Assembly: GCA_963753435.1 (NCBI GenBank)
Contig: CAVWCF010000001.1
Location: forward strand, 928,001 to 992,000
DNA: 64,000 bases
Direction of reading: 5' to 3'
Origin: an uncultured Actinomycetota bacterium
GTDB taxonomy: Bacteria > Actinomycetota > Actinomycetes > CAVWCF01
Below the pieces are notes generated by a model. That model ran no database searches. It worked only from the letters and a program-made list of their open reading frames with translations, and had not been told where the DNA came from. Numbering within the stretch: the stretch's first letter is position 1; the number at the start of each line of letters is the position of its first letter. Shown in pieces: positions 48,655-58,903 of this stretch. Both the position numbers and the translations under genes were made by a program.

Positions 48655-50226
48655 GTGACCGACGTCCCACAGCCGGCCGCTGGCGAGTACGGCGCGGCAG
48701 ATCAAGGAGAGCGCGTGAGCAGTGGAGTGGGTGCCGCGCCGTCGGCTGCTCCAGCGCTTCCCCCGGAGTTGGACCCACGGCAGCCACCGCGCCGCAACTG
48801 GGTGCTTCGGGGTCTAGCCGGTGGCGTCAGCGCTGCGATCGTGGCGGCGAGCCTGTTCGGGTACATCACCTTGAACTACTACGACGACAAGATCACCCGG
48901 ATCGACAACGTCTTCGCCGGTCGCGATTCGGATCGGCCGGTCAAGGTCGCGACCGAGTCGATCAACATTCTGCTGGTCGGGTCCGACAGCCGGGAAGGAC
49001 TCACCCGCGAAGAGATCTCCCAACTCAAGGTGGGCATCGAGGGCGGACCCGACGGCAGCGGTCGCCGTGCCGACACCGCGATCCTGATGCACCTGGACTC
49101 CGACTGGTCCCGGGCGACCTTGGTGAGCTTCCCCCGTGACTCCTTGGTCGACATCCCCGAGTTCACCGACTCGGACGGGAGCACCACCCGAGCTCAGCAG
49201 AACAAGCTGAACGCCGCTTATGCCATCGGCGGCCCGCAGTTGCTTGTGTCGACGATCGAGCAGAACACGGACCTGCGCATCGACCACTACGTCGAAGTGG
49301 GGTTCGACGGCTTCGTGAAGGCCGTGGACGCCGTCGGCGGAGTCGATGTGTGCACCGAGGAAGCGATCAGCGACCGGCGCTCCGGTCTCGAACTGGCTGC
49401 CGGCGAGAGTCGACTGGACGGCGCCCAAGCGCTGGCATTCGCACGCGCCCGCTACTTCGACCCGACCGCGGATATCGGCCGCATGCAGCGGCAGCAGCAG
49501 TTGCTGGCCTCGCTGTTCAACGAAGCGACGTCGACCGGGGTGCTGTTGAACCCCCTGCGACTGAACGGCCTGCTCGACGCCACGCTGTCCTCGATCTCCA
49601 CCGACCCCGGGTTCGACCGTCAACTCATGCTCAACCTCGCTACCAAGATGCGTGATGTCGCCGGCGGCGAAGTCGTCTTCACCACCGTGCCGATCGGTGA
49701 CGCCAACAACCGGATCGAGGGCATCGGATCCACCGTGGAGTGGGACGAGCAGGCCGCTGAGGAGTTGTTCCGCGCCATCCGCGAGGACCAGCCCATCGGG
49801 TCGCAGTCAGAGGAGGCGGCCGCGGCGGCCCCAAGCACCACGCCGGTCGTCTCAGTCCCACCGGGGTCAATCTCCATGAAGGTCCTGAACGGTGTGGGCA
49901 CAGCGGGACTGGCCCGGCAGTCGGCCGACCAGCTGGCGGCCCTCGGGTTCTCGGTAACCGGCGTCGGCGACGGAGAACGCGTCACGGCCACGGAGATCCG
50001 GTACGACCCGCTGTGGGACGAATCGGTCAAGACCGTTGCCGCGGCACTGCCGGGCGCCCGGCTGGTGCCGGTGCCGGGCCAAGGCGGCACCTTTGTTGTC
50101 GTGATCGGCGACGCGAACCAAGCGTTCCAGCCGGTAACGGTCCAGGCGGCCGCCGACGAGCCGGCCCCAACAGCTTCAGAGTCGGCAGCACCGGTCCGGT
50201 CCGCCGCCGACCCGCTCTGCGGCTGA
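48655..50226 (+). CDS. LCP (LytR-CpsA-Psr) glycopolymer-peptidoglycan ligase with LytR_C domain
   Basis: One TM; NILLVGSDSR, RADTAILMH, VSFPRDS, KLNAAY, IDHYVEV, ALAFARARY, DIGRMQRQQ; C-terminal VLNGVGTAGLA..VVIG. Confidence 0.93.
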   Translation: MTDVPQPAAGEYGAADQGERVSSGVGAAPSAAPALPPELDPRQPPRRNWVLRGLAGGVSAAIVAASLFGYITLNYYDDKITRIDNVFAGRDSDRPVKVATESINILLVGSDSREGLTREEISQLKVGIEGGPDGSGRRADTAILMHLDSDWSRATLVSFPRDSLVDIPEFTDSDGSTTRAQQNKLNAAYAIGGPQLLVSTIEQNTDLRIDHYVEVGFDGFVKAVDAVGGVDVCTEEAISDRRSGLELAAGESRLDGAQALAFARARYFDPTADIGRMQRQQQLLASLFNEATSTGVLLNPLRLNGLLDATLSSISTDPGFDRQLMLNLATKMRDVAGGEVVFTTVPIGDANNRIEGIGSTVEWDEQAAEELFRAIREDQPIGSQSEEAAAAAPSTTPVVSVPPGSISMKVLNGVGTAGLARQSADQLAALGFSVTGVGDGERVTATEIRYDPLWDESVKTVAAALPGARLVPVPGQGGTFVVVIGDANQAFQPVTVQAAADEPAPTASESAAPVRSAADPLCG

Positions 50227-50229
50227 GCG

Positions 50230-50748
50230 CTACGGCTGAGCGGGGCTGTCCTCGCGGGAACGAACGATCGCCGCGCGCCGCGCGAGCCGGTGCTCACGGC
50301 GGATCTCGGCTTCGCGCCAGCGCCGCGAGTCCTCGGTGGTCTCGATAAGCAATTGCGGCACCGATCGCGGCTGCCCCGCCGCGTCGATGGCGACGAACAC
50401 GAGATACGCGGTCGCCACTCGCACCAACGGTGCGTCAGCATCGTCCCAGCGCTCGGCGGTCACGCGCACGCCGACTTCCAGGGAGGTGCGCCCGGTCCAG
50501 TTGACCTGCGCGTCGGCGTGCAGCAGATCACCCACCCGCACGGGTTCGACGAAGATCATCTCGTCCATGGCCGCGGTGACTGCCGCGCCGCCGCTGTGCC
50601 GGGCGGCAACCGCCCCGGCGCAGTCGTCTACGAACTTCATCACGACTCCGCCATGCACGGTGCCCAGCAGGTTGGTGTCGTTCGGCGACATGATCTGGCT
50701 CAGTCGCGTACGAGAAGCCGACGAAGGGCGCTCCGCGACCGTTGTCAT
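50230..50748 (-). CDS. Hotdog-fold acyl-CoA thioesterase
   Basis: DTNLLGTVHGG, FVEPVRVGD, VNWTGRTSLEVGVRV, AYLVFVAID..PRSVP. Confidence 0.9.
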   Translation of the reverse strand: MTTVAERPSSASRTRLSQIMSPNDTNLLGTVHGGVVMKFVDDCAGAVAARHSGGAAVTAAMDEMIFVEPVRVGDLLHADAQVNWTGRTSLEVGVRVTAERWDDADAPLVRVATAYLVFVAIDAAGQPRSVPQLLIETTEDSRRWREAEIRREHRLARRAAIVRSREDSPAQP

Positions 50749-50823
50749 GGTGTGGAACCCTAACGTTCAGGTCACGAGTGTCCGATGGACATTGCGGGCG
50801 ATTCGCGGCGCGAGGAGTTGGTA

Positions 50824-52896
50824 ATGGACCACCTCTCTCGGCGCCTGCTGCGCGGAGCCGGTGCGGCCATCACCGGCGCTGCGCTGCTGATCTCGGTCAC
50901 GCCAGTGACGGCAACTGCCACAGCCGCCCCACTCGTACGGGACACAAGCGCAGCTGCCACGCCGAGGCCAACCCCAGCCATCCCCTTGATCGATGCCGAC
51001 CCCGCCGCGGCGTTGCCGACAACGGCTGTGGGCGGCACCGCGGCCCTGCCCGAATCGCTGACCCAGCGCGCGGTGCGCGTCAGTGGTGCCGATCCGACGC
51101 GGGTGTCCGGTGCCGATAGGTACGAGACCGCAGTAGCGCTCAGCGAGCGGTACTTCCCGTCCGGAGCCGGAACCGTTGTCCTGGCGACGGGCACCGGGTT
51201 CGCCGACGCGCTGGCGGGAGCGCCGCTCGCCGCGTCCCTCGACGCACCCCTGCTGTTGACCCGACCGACCGGAGCGCCGGAGTCGGTCCGAGTCGAGATC
51301 GCCCGGCTCCAGCCAGCCAGGCTCGTCGCGGTTGGCGGGACCGCGGCGGTCAGCCAGGCCGATCTGACGTCCCTGGCGGCGCTTGCCGGCGGGGCGCAGA
51401 CCGAGCGCGTGGCCGGCGCGGATCGGTACGGCACTGCGGCCGCAGTGGCCGCCGCCCTGGCCCCGGTGCAGTTCGCGGTGGTCGCCTCCGGGCTCAACTT
51501 CGCCGACGCACTGTCCGCTGGGCCGCTGGCGGCCCGGCGGCAAGGCGCCGTGCTGCTTACCCCTCCCGACCGTTTGGGCGCGGCGGCGGCGGCCGCGATA
51601 GCCGGGTTGCCGGCGTCTTCGGTGCTGATCGCCGGCGGCACTGGCGCAGTGTCGACCGCCGTCGAATCCGACCTCGCCGCCCTCCTCGGCGGCCCGGCCA
51701 GCCGAATCGGGGGTATCGACCGCTACGACACATCTGCCCGCTTCGCGACGGAGGTCGCCAAGGACGGCGGTCGCGGCGGGTCGCTGTTGACGACCGGCGC
51801 GGACTACCCCGACGCGATGGTCGCCGCGGCCCACGGTTCACGCCTCGGGCAACCGGTCCTGCTCATGGGAGGCCCTTACCGCTTCGGCCACGACGCTGCC
51901 CTGGCCCGTACCCGCGGGGTCGGTCCCTGGCTGCAGTTGACTTTGGATGCCCTCGCGGCAACCGACCGCGGCCTGCCGCTGAGACACACCGCTTACACCC
52001 AGGCCTATCGCGCCGACACGATTGGTCGCGCCTACGGCTGGGATCACGCCGAGGCCACCGATTCTCTGCAGCAGGTGCGGGCGACGGTCAAGCCGGACGG
52101 CGGCTATGGGCTCGACAACGGGTGGGACGCCTTCAGCGACGGGACCAAGAACCCCGCTGAGACGTCCTACCTGATCACGATCACCGATCACGTTGGCCGC
52201 GCCCTGCTTGACGGCTTCCAGGCCGGCGCCGTCCCAGCCGAGGAAGTGGCAGCCCTGGTCGAACTCGTGCGCGACTGGCCAACGGTCACGGACCAGCCTG
52301 GATGCCTGGCGTACTCCAACAGCGAGTACGACCGGACTTCGTGCGTGCACAACGTCAACTCAAGCGCCATCTGGTTCATCGACGCGGCCGAGCGTGCAGG
52401 TGCCTGGAGCGGCCCGCCGGCGGATCTTTCCGACCTCCTGGCCGAAGAAACCGGCGCCTACCTGGGTAACGGGTGGTGGCCGTACCGGGACGACCAGACC
52501 AGCCGCCAGGACGTGAACCACAACGCGGCTCAGATCGAGCACTTGCAGTTCACCGCGCCAGGCCTGGCCGCTGACGCGCTGGCGCTCATGCTCGACGACC
52601 CAGCAGTCCCCTACCACCCCGAAGTGACGATGCGCTCCGCCTACGACCCCTTGGGCTTCCTGCGCCTAGGTGAGCAGTCCTGTGCCGCGGCGAACTCCGC
52701 GTACGCGGAATCGGCGACGTTGACGGAGACCGCCCCGTACGCGGTGGTCACCGCGCAACTGGCCCTGTGGGCCGCGCGGGTGGCCGAATGTCCTGCGCCG
52801 ACCGCGACTGCGGCACTGCAGTCAGTGACACCTACCGGGCCATTGCCGCTGCCGCCGGTCGCCGGACCAGAGGCGCGCCCGGTTCCAACCCCCTGA
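50824..52896 (+). CDS. Secreted protein with N-terminal CWB2 repeats and an uncharacterised ~330-aa C-terminal helical (putative enzyme) domain
   Basis: GAGGAG RBS; SRRLL signal peptide; GADRYETA/FADAL/PLLL, GADRYGTA/FADAL/AVLL, GIDRYDTS/YPDAM/PVLL; C-terminal DGGYG..DAFSDGT.NP, CLAYS..CVHNVN, GWWPY, QDVNH. Confidence 0.75.
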   Translation: MDHLSRRLLRGAGAAITGAALLISVTPVTATATAAPLVRDTSAAATPRPTPAIPLIDADPAAALPTTAVGGTAALPESLTQRAVRVSGADPTRVSGADRYETAVALSERYFPSGAGTVVLATGTGFADALAGAPLAASLDAPLLLTRPTGAPESVRVEIARLQPARLVAVGGTAAVSQADLTSLAALAGGAQTERVAGADRYGTAAAVAAALAPVQFAVVASGLNFADALSAGPLAARRQGAVLLTPPDRLGAAAAAAIAGLPASSVLIAGGTGAVSTAVESDLAALLGGPASRIGGIDRYDTSARFATEVAKDGGRGGSLLTTGADYPDAMVAAAHGSRLGQPVLLMGGPYRFGHDAALARTRGVGPWLQLTLDALAATDRGLPLRHTAYTQAYRADTIGRAYGWDHAEATDSLQQVRATVKPDGGYGLDNGWDAFSDGTKNPAETSYLITITDHVGRALLDGFQAGAVPAEEVAALVELVRDWPTVTDQPGCLAYSNSEYDRTSCVHNVNSSAIWFIDAAERAGAWSGPPADLSDLLAEETGAYLGNGWWPYRDDQTSRQDVNHNAAQIEHLQFTAPGLAADALALMLDDPAVPYHPEVTMRSAYDPLGFLRLGEQSCAAANSAYAESATLTETAPYAVVTAQLALWAARVAECPAPTATAALQSVTPTGPLPLPPVAGPEARPVPTP

Positions 52897-52920
52897 AAGC
52901 ACCTGGCGCGCGAGTGCTGA

Positions 52921-54075
52921 CTAGCGGTTCAGGAGTTGCCGCGCCATCACGATGCGCTGAACTTGATTGGTGCCCTCGTAGATCTGCGTGATCTTGGCGT
53001 CCCGCATGAAGCGCTCCACCGGGTAGTCCTTGACGTACCCGTAACCGCCGAGCAGTTGCACCGCGTCCGTGGTGATCTCCATCGCCACGTCGGAGGCGAA
53101 GCATTTGGCTGCGGCGCCGAAGTAGGTCAAATCGGCGTCCCCGCGCTCGGACTTGGCGGCGGCCGCGTAGGTGAGTTGCCGGGCCGCCTCCAACTTCATG
53201 CCCATGTCCGCGAGCATGAACTGCAGCCCCTGGAACTCCGCGATCGCCTTGCCGAACTGCTTGCGCTCCTTGACGTAACCGAGGGCGTAGTCCAGGGCAC
53301 CCTGCGCGATGCCCAGCGCTTGGGCGGCGATGGTGATTCGGGTGTGGTCCAGGGTTCGCATCGCGGTGGTGAATCCGGTGCCGACTTCACCGATGATCCG
53401 GTCGCCGGGCAGCCGCACGTCGTCGAAGAACAGTTCGCGGGTGGGAGAGCCCTTGATCCCCAACTTCTTCTCCGGCGCACCGAAGGTGAAGCCGGCGTCG
53501 CCCTTCTCGACAACGAAGGCGGAGATCCCACCGCGGGTGCCCTTGTCGACATCGGTCACGGCCAGAACCGTGTAGTACTCCGAGACACCGGCGTTGGTGA
53601 TCCAGCGCTTGACCCCGTTGAGAATCCAGCCGTCGCCATCGGCCACCGCCCGCGTCCGCATCCCACCGGCGTCGCTGCCGGCCTCCGGCTCGCTCAACGC
53701 GTACGAGAACATGCCTTCACCGCGCGCCACCGGCGGCAGGTAGCGCTGCTGCAACTCCTCTGAACCGGCCAACAGCACCGGCAGGCTGCCCAACTTGTTC
53801 ACCGCCGGGATCAGCGAGACCGCAGCCGAGGCCCGCGCCAGTTCCTCGATCACCAGAACGGCCGCCAAGGCGTCGCCGCCCATTCCCTCGAACCGCTCCG
53901 GCACATGAATGGCATGCAGATCTGCGGCCACCAGCGCGTCGTAAACGTCAGCGGGGAACTCGTCGGTTTCGTCGATCTCGGCGGCCCGCGGCTGGATCTT
54001 GTCCTCGACCAGTGCGCGCACGGTGTCACGCAGCATCTGGTGCTCTTCGGTGAGGGTGAAGTGTTCGAATGTCAC
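52921..54075 (-). CDS. Acyl-CoA dehydrogenase (FadE25-like, short-chain)
   Basis: YALSEPEAGSDA, LNGVKRWITN, EKKLGIKGSPT, ERKQFGK, QLLGGYGY..YPVERFMRDAKITQIYEGTNQVQR; conserved position after purE. Confidence 0.92.
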   Translation of the reverse strand: MTFEHFTLTEEHQMLRDTVRALVEDKIQPRAAEIDETDEFPADVYDALVAADLHAIHVPERFEGMGGDALAAVLVIEELARASAAVSLIPAVNKLGSLPVLLAGSEELQQRYLPPVARGEGMFSYALSEPEAGSDAGGMRTRAVADGDGWILNGVKRWITNAGVSEYYTVLAVTDVDKGTRGGISAFVVEKGDAGFTFGAPEKKLGIKGSPTRELFFDDVRLPGDRIIGEVGTGFTTAMRTLDHTRITIAAQALGIAQGALDYALGYVKERKQFGKAIAEFQGLQFMLADMGMKLEAARQLTYAAAAKSERGDADLTYFGAAAKCFASDVAMEITTDAVQLLGGYGYVKDYPVERFMRDAKITQIYEGTNQVQRIVMARQLLNR

Positions 54076-54136
54076 GGCCAAGAGGCTACCTGCGGCCTGC
54101 GAAGCAGCCGCATTCGCGTGTCCTACGATCCGGCGG

Positions 54137-55447
54137 GTGCGGATATCGGTGCTGGGAACGGGCTACCTCGGCGCGACCCACGCCGCTGGCATGGCGGAAC
54201 TGGGCCATGACGTCCTCGGCGTCGACGTCGACGCGGCGAAGATCGCTGCGCTGTCCGAAGGGCGCGCCCCGTTCCACGAGCCCGGTCTGAACGAACTCCT
54301 CGCCACCCATGTGGCCAGTGGCCGGCTCCGGTTTTCCACCTCGCTGGCCGAAGCCGCAGAGTTCGCCGACCTGCACTTCCTTTGCGTGGGCACCCCGCAA
54401 CGGGCCGACTCCGAGGCCGCCGACCTGACCGCTGTTGATCAGGTGGTCGCCTCGCTGGCTGAACATCTGCAACGACCTACGTTCGTCATCGGCAAGTCCA
54501 CTGTGCCCGTCGGCACCGCCGACCACCTGGCGTCCGTCCTCGCCAGCGCGACGGCCGGCGTCGAAGTCGCGTGGAATCCGGAGTTCCTCCGCGAAGGGTT
54601 CGCCGTCCAGGACACGCTGAAGCCGGACCGGCTCGTGTTCGGAGTGGAGTCGGCGGCGGCCGAGTCCGCTCTCCGCGAGGTCTACGCGCCACTGCTGGCT
54701 GCCGGGGTTCCGCTGGTCGTCGCCGACCGACGCACCGCCGAACTGGTGAAGGTGGCTGCGAACGCGTTCCTGGCGACCAAGATCTCGTTCATCAACGCGA
54801 TGGCGGAGGTGTGCGAGAGCGCGGGGGCTGACGTCACCGTTCTCGCCGAGGCGCTGTCCCACGATGCCCGCATCGGGGGCCGGTTCCTGCGCCCGGGTCT
54901 GGGCTTCGGCGGCGGCTGCCTACCCAAGGACATCCGCGCCTTCCGGGCCCGTGCCGCTGAGCTTGGGGTCGCCGAGGCCGTGGGCTTCCTCGGCGAAGTC
55001 GATGGCATCAACCAGCGACGACGGCAGCGCATGGTGGATCTGGCGGTGGAGGCGCTGGACGGCCACGTTGCCGGTAGACGAATCGGCGTCCTGGGGGCGG
55101 CCTTCAAACCGAACTCAGACGACATCAGGGACTCACCGGCCCTCGATGTGGCCACCCGGCTCACGGATATGGGGGCGGCGGTATCCGTTTACGACCCGGC
55201 CGCCATCCCAAACGCGCGGCTGAAGTACCCGCACCTGACCTACGCCGAGTCGCTCTCGGCCGCCGTGGCTGAAGCCGATCTGGTGCTGCTGCTAACGGAG
55301 TGGGCGGAGTTCACCGAGATGGACCCGACCAAGGTTGCCGGGCTGGTGCATCAGCCCCACATTCTCGACGGACGCAACGCGCTGGACCCCGAGCAATGGC
55401 GGGCCGCCGGGTGGACGTACCGCGCCCTGGGGCGCCCGCACCAGTAG
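54137..55447 (+). CDS. ugd: UDP-glucose 6-dehydrogenase family
   Basis: VLGTGYLG, CVGTPQ, KSTVPVGT, NPEFLREG, AELVKVAANAFLATKISFIN, GFGGGCLPKD, AFKPNSDDIRDSP. Confidence 0.9.
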   Translation: MRISVLGTGYLGATHAAGMAELGHDVLGVDVDAAKIAALSEGRAPFHEPGLNELLATHVASGRLRFSTSLAEAAEFADLHFLCVGTPQRADSEAADLTAVDQVVASLAEHLQRPTFVIGKSTVPVGTADHLASVLASATAGVEVAWNPEFLREGFAVQDTLKPDRLVFGVESAAAESALREVYAPLLAAGVPLVVADRRTAELVKVAANAFLATKISFINAMAEVCESAGADVTVLAEALSHDARIGGRFLRPGLGFGGGCLPKDIRAFRARAAELGVAEAVGFLGEVDGINQRRRQRMVDLAVEALDGHVAGRRIGVLGAAFKPNSDDIRDSPALDVATRLTDMGAAVSVYDPAAIPNARLKYPHLTYAESLSAAVAEADLVLLLTEWAEFTEMDPTKVAGLVHQPHILDGRNALDPEQWRAAGWTYRALGRPHQ

Positions 55448-55463
55448 CAGCCGCCGCGCCAAT

Positions 55464-55485
55464 CCCGGGCCGCTGCCAGCCCGGG
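55464..55485. terminator. GC-rich hairpin between the convergent ugd and purE genes
   Basis: CCCGGGC-N8-GCCCGGG; no U-tract. Confidence 0.3.
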
Positions 55486-55498
55486 CCGTGCCTGCGGG

Positions 55499-56017
55499 CT
55501 AGGCGCCGAATCCGGTGGGACCGCGACGGGAGGCCCGCAGCGACTCCCCCTTTGCCTCCGCCGTTGCCTGCAACTCCCCTTGGAAGGCATCCAGCCGCCC
55601 CCGGAGAGCGTCGTCGGTCACCCCGAGGATTCGCGCCGCCAACAACCCCCCGTTGCGGGCGTTTCCGACGCCGACGGTGGCCACCGGGACGCCGGCCGGC
55701 ATCTGCACGATCGACAGGAGCGAGTCCATGCCGTCGAGGTACTGCAGCGGCACGGGAACCCCAACTACCGGCAATGAAGTGACGCTGGCCAGCATCCCCG
55801 GCAGATGCGCTGCGCCACCGGCCCCGGCAACGATCACGCGCAGGCCCCGGCCAGCCGCCTCCTGCCCGTAGCGCAACATGGCCTGGGGCATGCGGTGCGC
55901 GGAAACGACGTCCACCTCGTGGGCCACGCCGAGCTCAGCCAGCACCTCGGCGGCCGCGGACATGACCGGCCAGTCGGAGTCGGAACCCATCACGATTCCG
56001 ACCAACGGTTCACTCAT
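55499..56017 (-). CDS. purE: N5-CAIR mutase
   Basis: [48 protein letters not shown]. Confidence 0.96.
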   Translation of the reverse strand: MSEPLVGIVMGSDSDWPVMSAAAEVLAELGVAHEVDVVSAHRMPQAMLRYGQEAAGRGLRVIVAGAGGAAHLPGMLASVTSLPVVGVPVPLQYLDGMDSLLSIVQMPAGVPVATVGVGNARNGGLLAARILGVTDDALRGRLDAFQGELQATAEAKGESLRASRRGPTGFGA

Positions 56018-57140
56018 CAGCTTCTCCTGCCAGTCGCTGCGCCGCGTGCCTGGCGCGAGCCAGGCACTCGCGCTCATCGTGCCCGACAACCGTGACGTGT
56101 CCCACCTTGCGCCCCGGCCGCACCTCCTTGCCGTACCAGTGCACCTTGACGCCAGGGTCGTGCGCGAACAGGTGCGGGTATTGACCGAACACGTCGCCGG
56201 CGCCCCCGAGTACGTTCACCATCACCGCGACCGGCGAGCGCGCGCTGGGTGCCCCCAGCGGCCAATCGAGGACGGCGCGCAGATGCTGTTCGAACTGGCT
56301 GGTGACCGCCCCGTCGATGCTCCAATGTCCGGAGTTGTGCGGACGCATCGCCAACTCGTTGACCAAGACCCCGTCATCGGTCTCGAACATCTCGACCGCC
56401 AGTACGCCGATCACTCCCAGGGATTCAGCGACGTTGAGCGCGACTCGCTGCGCGGCGACCGCATGCCCCGGAGCGATGTTCGCGGGAGCAACAACCTCGG
56501 TGCAGATGCCGTTGGTCTGCACCGTCTCGACAACCGGGTAGGCGACGGCCTGCCCGGACGGAGTGCGCGCCACCATCGCGGCAAGCTCGCGGCGAAATGG
56601 CACCCGCTCCTCGACCAACAGTGGTCCGGTCCAGCCCGCGAGGCACTCAGCCGCATCTTCCTCGCCTTCGACGACCCGCACCCCCTTGCCGTCGTAACCA
56701 CCTCGCGGCGTCTTGAGCACCACCGGCCAGCGGTTGTCGGCGAAGTCGGCAACGTCCGCCACCGAATCGACCTGGGCCCAATCGGGCACCGGAATGCCGG
56801 CCGCGGATAGGGCCCGACGCATCAACAGTTTGTCCTGGGCGTGCTCCAGCGCGTCGGGTCCGGGCCGCACCTGCACCCCCTCGGCAACCAGAGCCCGTAG
56901 GTGCGTGGTCGGCACGTGCTCATGATCGAACGTGATCACGTCACAGCCGCGGGCGAAGTCCCGCAGCACGTCCAGGTCATGGTGCGTGCCGACGACGGTG
57001 TCGGGGATGGCTGCGGCGGCGCAGTCCGACGGCGATTCGGCGAGCAGTCGCAGCCGGACACCGAGGGCGATCGCGGCCGGCTGCATCATCCGCGCCAATT
57101 GGCCGCCGCCGATCACGCCGACGACCGGTGCCTGACTCAC
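56010..57140 (-). CDS. purK: N5-CAIR synthase
   Basis: [66 protein letters not shown]. Confidence 0.96.
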   Translation of the reverse strand: MSQAPVVGVIGGGQLARMMQPAAIALGVRLRLLAESPSDCAAAAIPDTVVGTHHDLDVLRDFARGCDVITFDHEHVPTTHLRALVAEGVQVRPGPDALEHAQDKLLMRRALSAAGIPVPDWAQVDSVADVADFADNRWPVVLKTPRGGYDGKGVRVVEGEEDAAECLAGWTGPLLVEERVPFRRELAAMVARTPSGQAVAYPVVETVQTNGICTEVVAPANIAPGHAVAAQRVALNVAESLGVIGVLAVEMFETDDGVLVNELAMRPHNSGHWSIDGAVTSQFEQHLRAVLDWPLGAPSARSPVAVMVNVLGGAGDVFGQYPHLFAHDPGVKVHWYGKEVRPGRKVGHVTVVGHDERECLARARHAAQRLAGEADE

Positions 57141-57160
57141 GCGCGGAGGCTACCGGCCGC

Positions 57161-58309
57161 CTACAGGCCGAGTTCGCGGGCGATCAGCAGCCGCTGCACC
57201 TCGTTGGTTCCCTCGCCGATCTCCAGGATCTTGGCGTCGCGGTAGAACCGCCCGACCACCGACTCGTTGGTGAAGCCGTAGCCCCCGTGGACTTGCGTGG
57301 CGGCCCGCGCGTTGAGCATCGCGGCATCGGACGAATGCAGTTTGGCGATGGCCGCGGCCGTCTTGAAGTCCAGTCCCGCCGCCTGTCGTGCCGCCGCCTC
57401 CCGCCACGCCAGGCGTGAGGTGTGCGCTCGCGCAGCCATGTCCGCGATGGCGAACGACACGGCTTGGTACTGGCTGATCGGTGAGCCGAACGCCTGGCGT
57501 TGCTTCGCGTAGGACACCGACTGATCCACGCAGCCCTGAGCCAGACCCGTCGCCAACGCAGCGATCGCTATGCGGCCCTCGTCGAGGATCTCCAGGAACT
57601 GCGCATACCCGCGCCCGCGCTGACCGATGAGGTTGTCTGCAGGCACTCGGACGTCGTCCAGGTACACCGGGTGCGTGTCCGATGCCGCCCAGCCGACCTT
57701 GGAGTACGACGGGCCGATCTGCAGACCCGGTGTCCCGGTCGGCACCAGAATCGTCGACAACTCCGGCCGCGACGAGGCCGACTGTCCCGTGACGGCCATC
57801 ACCGTGACGAAGCGCGTCAGGTCTGTTCCGGAGTTGGTGATGAAGGCTTTGCTGCCGTTGATCTCCCAGGTGTCGCCGTCCAGCCGCGCCCGGGTGCGGA
57901 TTGCGGCTGCGTCCGATCCCGCATCCGGCTCGGTCAGCCCGAAGGCGGCCAGCCCACGACCGGCCGCCAACTCGGGCAGCCAGCGCTCCTTCTGCTCGGT
58001 GGTCCCGAACCGGATGATCGGGCCGCAACCCAGCGACACGGCAGCTTCCACCGTGATTGCCAACGACGAATCTGCGCGGGCAAGTTCTTCCAGGACCAGG
58101 CACACGGCCATCAGGTCGCTGCCGGATCCGCCGTATTCCTGCGGCACTGTCAGCCCGAACGCCCCGATCTCCCCGAGTCGCTGGACCAGCGGGTAGGGAA
58201 ACTCGGCCCGCTCGTAGTACCCACCGATCATCGGTTCGACCTCGTCGCGCACGAACGACCGGACCACGTCGACCAACGCCTGCTGCTCCGGAGCCAGTTC
58301 CGGCTGCAT
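57161..58309 (-). CDS. Acyl-CoA dehydrogenase (branched-chain/isovaleryl-CoA-like)
   Basis: AFGLTEPDAGSDA, INGSKAFITNSG, KVGWAASDT, LDEGRIAIAA, QVHGGYGF, RDAKILEIGEGTNEVQR. Confidence 0.9.
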   Translation of the reverse strand: MQPELAPEQQALVDVVRSFVRDEVEPMIGGYYERAEFPYPLVQRLGEIGAFGLTVPQEYGGSGSDLMAVCLVLEELARADSSLAITVEAAVSLGCGPIIRFGTTEQKERWLPELAAGRGLAAFGLTEPDAGSDAAAIRTRARLDGDTWEINGSKAFITNSGTDLTRFVTVMAVTGQSASSRPELSTILVPTGTPGLQIGPSYSKVGWAASDTHPVYLDDVRVPADNLIGQRGRGYAQFLEILDEGRIAIAALATGLAQGCVDQSVSYAKQRQAFGSPISQYQAVSFAIADMAARAHTSRLAWREAAARQAAGLDFKTAAAIAKLHSSDAAMLNARAATQVHGGYGFTNESVVGRFYRDAKILEIGEGTNEVQRLLIARELGL

Positions 58310-58363
58310 GGGCCACCTCCAAACAGGGGCAGGACCGCGCCGTACAACGACTACCGTAGGCGG

Positions 58364-58888
58364 ATGAGCGCGTCCCGTCCGGCCGTCGAATCGGACTCCG
58401 CGACGTCGCGGAACCGGCTCGTTGAGCGGCTAGCCGGCCTGTTCCACGAAGTTGCCAAGTTCGGCGCGGTCGGACTGATGGCGATGGTGGTCGACATCGG
58501 CCTCTTCAACTTGCTCCGCTTCGGAGCCTGGGCCCCACTCGCCGACAAGCCCCTGACCGCCAAGGTGATCTCGGTCGTCGCGGCGACGTTGGTCGCCTAC
58601 CTGGGCAACCGCTACTGGACCTACCGGGACCGACCCCGCCGCGGATTCGCCCGCGAGTACACGCTGTTCATCGTCCTGAACGCGATCGGGCTGGGGATCG
58701 CGCTTTCGTGCCTCTTCGTCTCCCACTACCTGCTGGACCTGACCAGCCCACTGGCGGACAACATCTCCGCCAACGTGATCGGACTTGGACTCGGGACGCT
58801 GTTCCGGTTCTGGGCTTACCGGACGTTCGTCTTCAAGCGCGTTGTCGAGGAAGACGCGCTGACTACGGAGTTGCGCCAGCCGATCTGA
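58364..58888 (+). CDS. GtrA-family small flippase-like membrane protein
   Basis: EVAKFGAVG, FNLL, AYLGNRYWTYR, FIVLNAIG, LFRFWAYRTFVF; TACCGT-N6-ATG. Confidence 0.88.
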   Translation: MSASRPAVESDSATSRNRLVERLAGLFHEVAKFGAVGLMAMVVDIGLFNLLRFGAWAPLADKPLTAKVISVVAATLVAYLGNRYWTYRDRPRRGFAREYTLFIVLNAIGLGIALSCLFVSHYLLDLTSPLADNISANVIGLGLGTLFRFWAYRTFVFKRVVEEDALTTELRQPI

Positions 58889-58903
58889 CCGGCAGAGCAC
58901 GGG

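Noticed and set aside
50779-50791. Short palindrome TGTCC-GAT-GGACA upstream of the fourth CWB2 gene
   Set aside because: A 5-bp arm is too short to separate from chance without conservation data.
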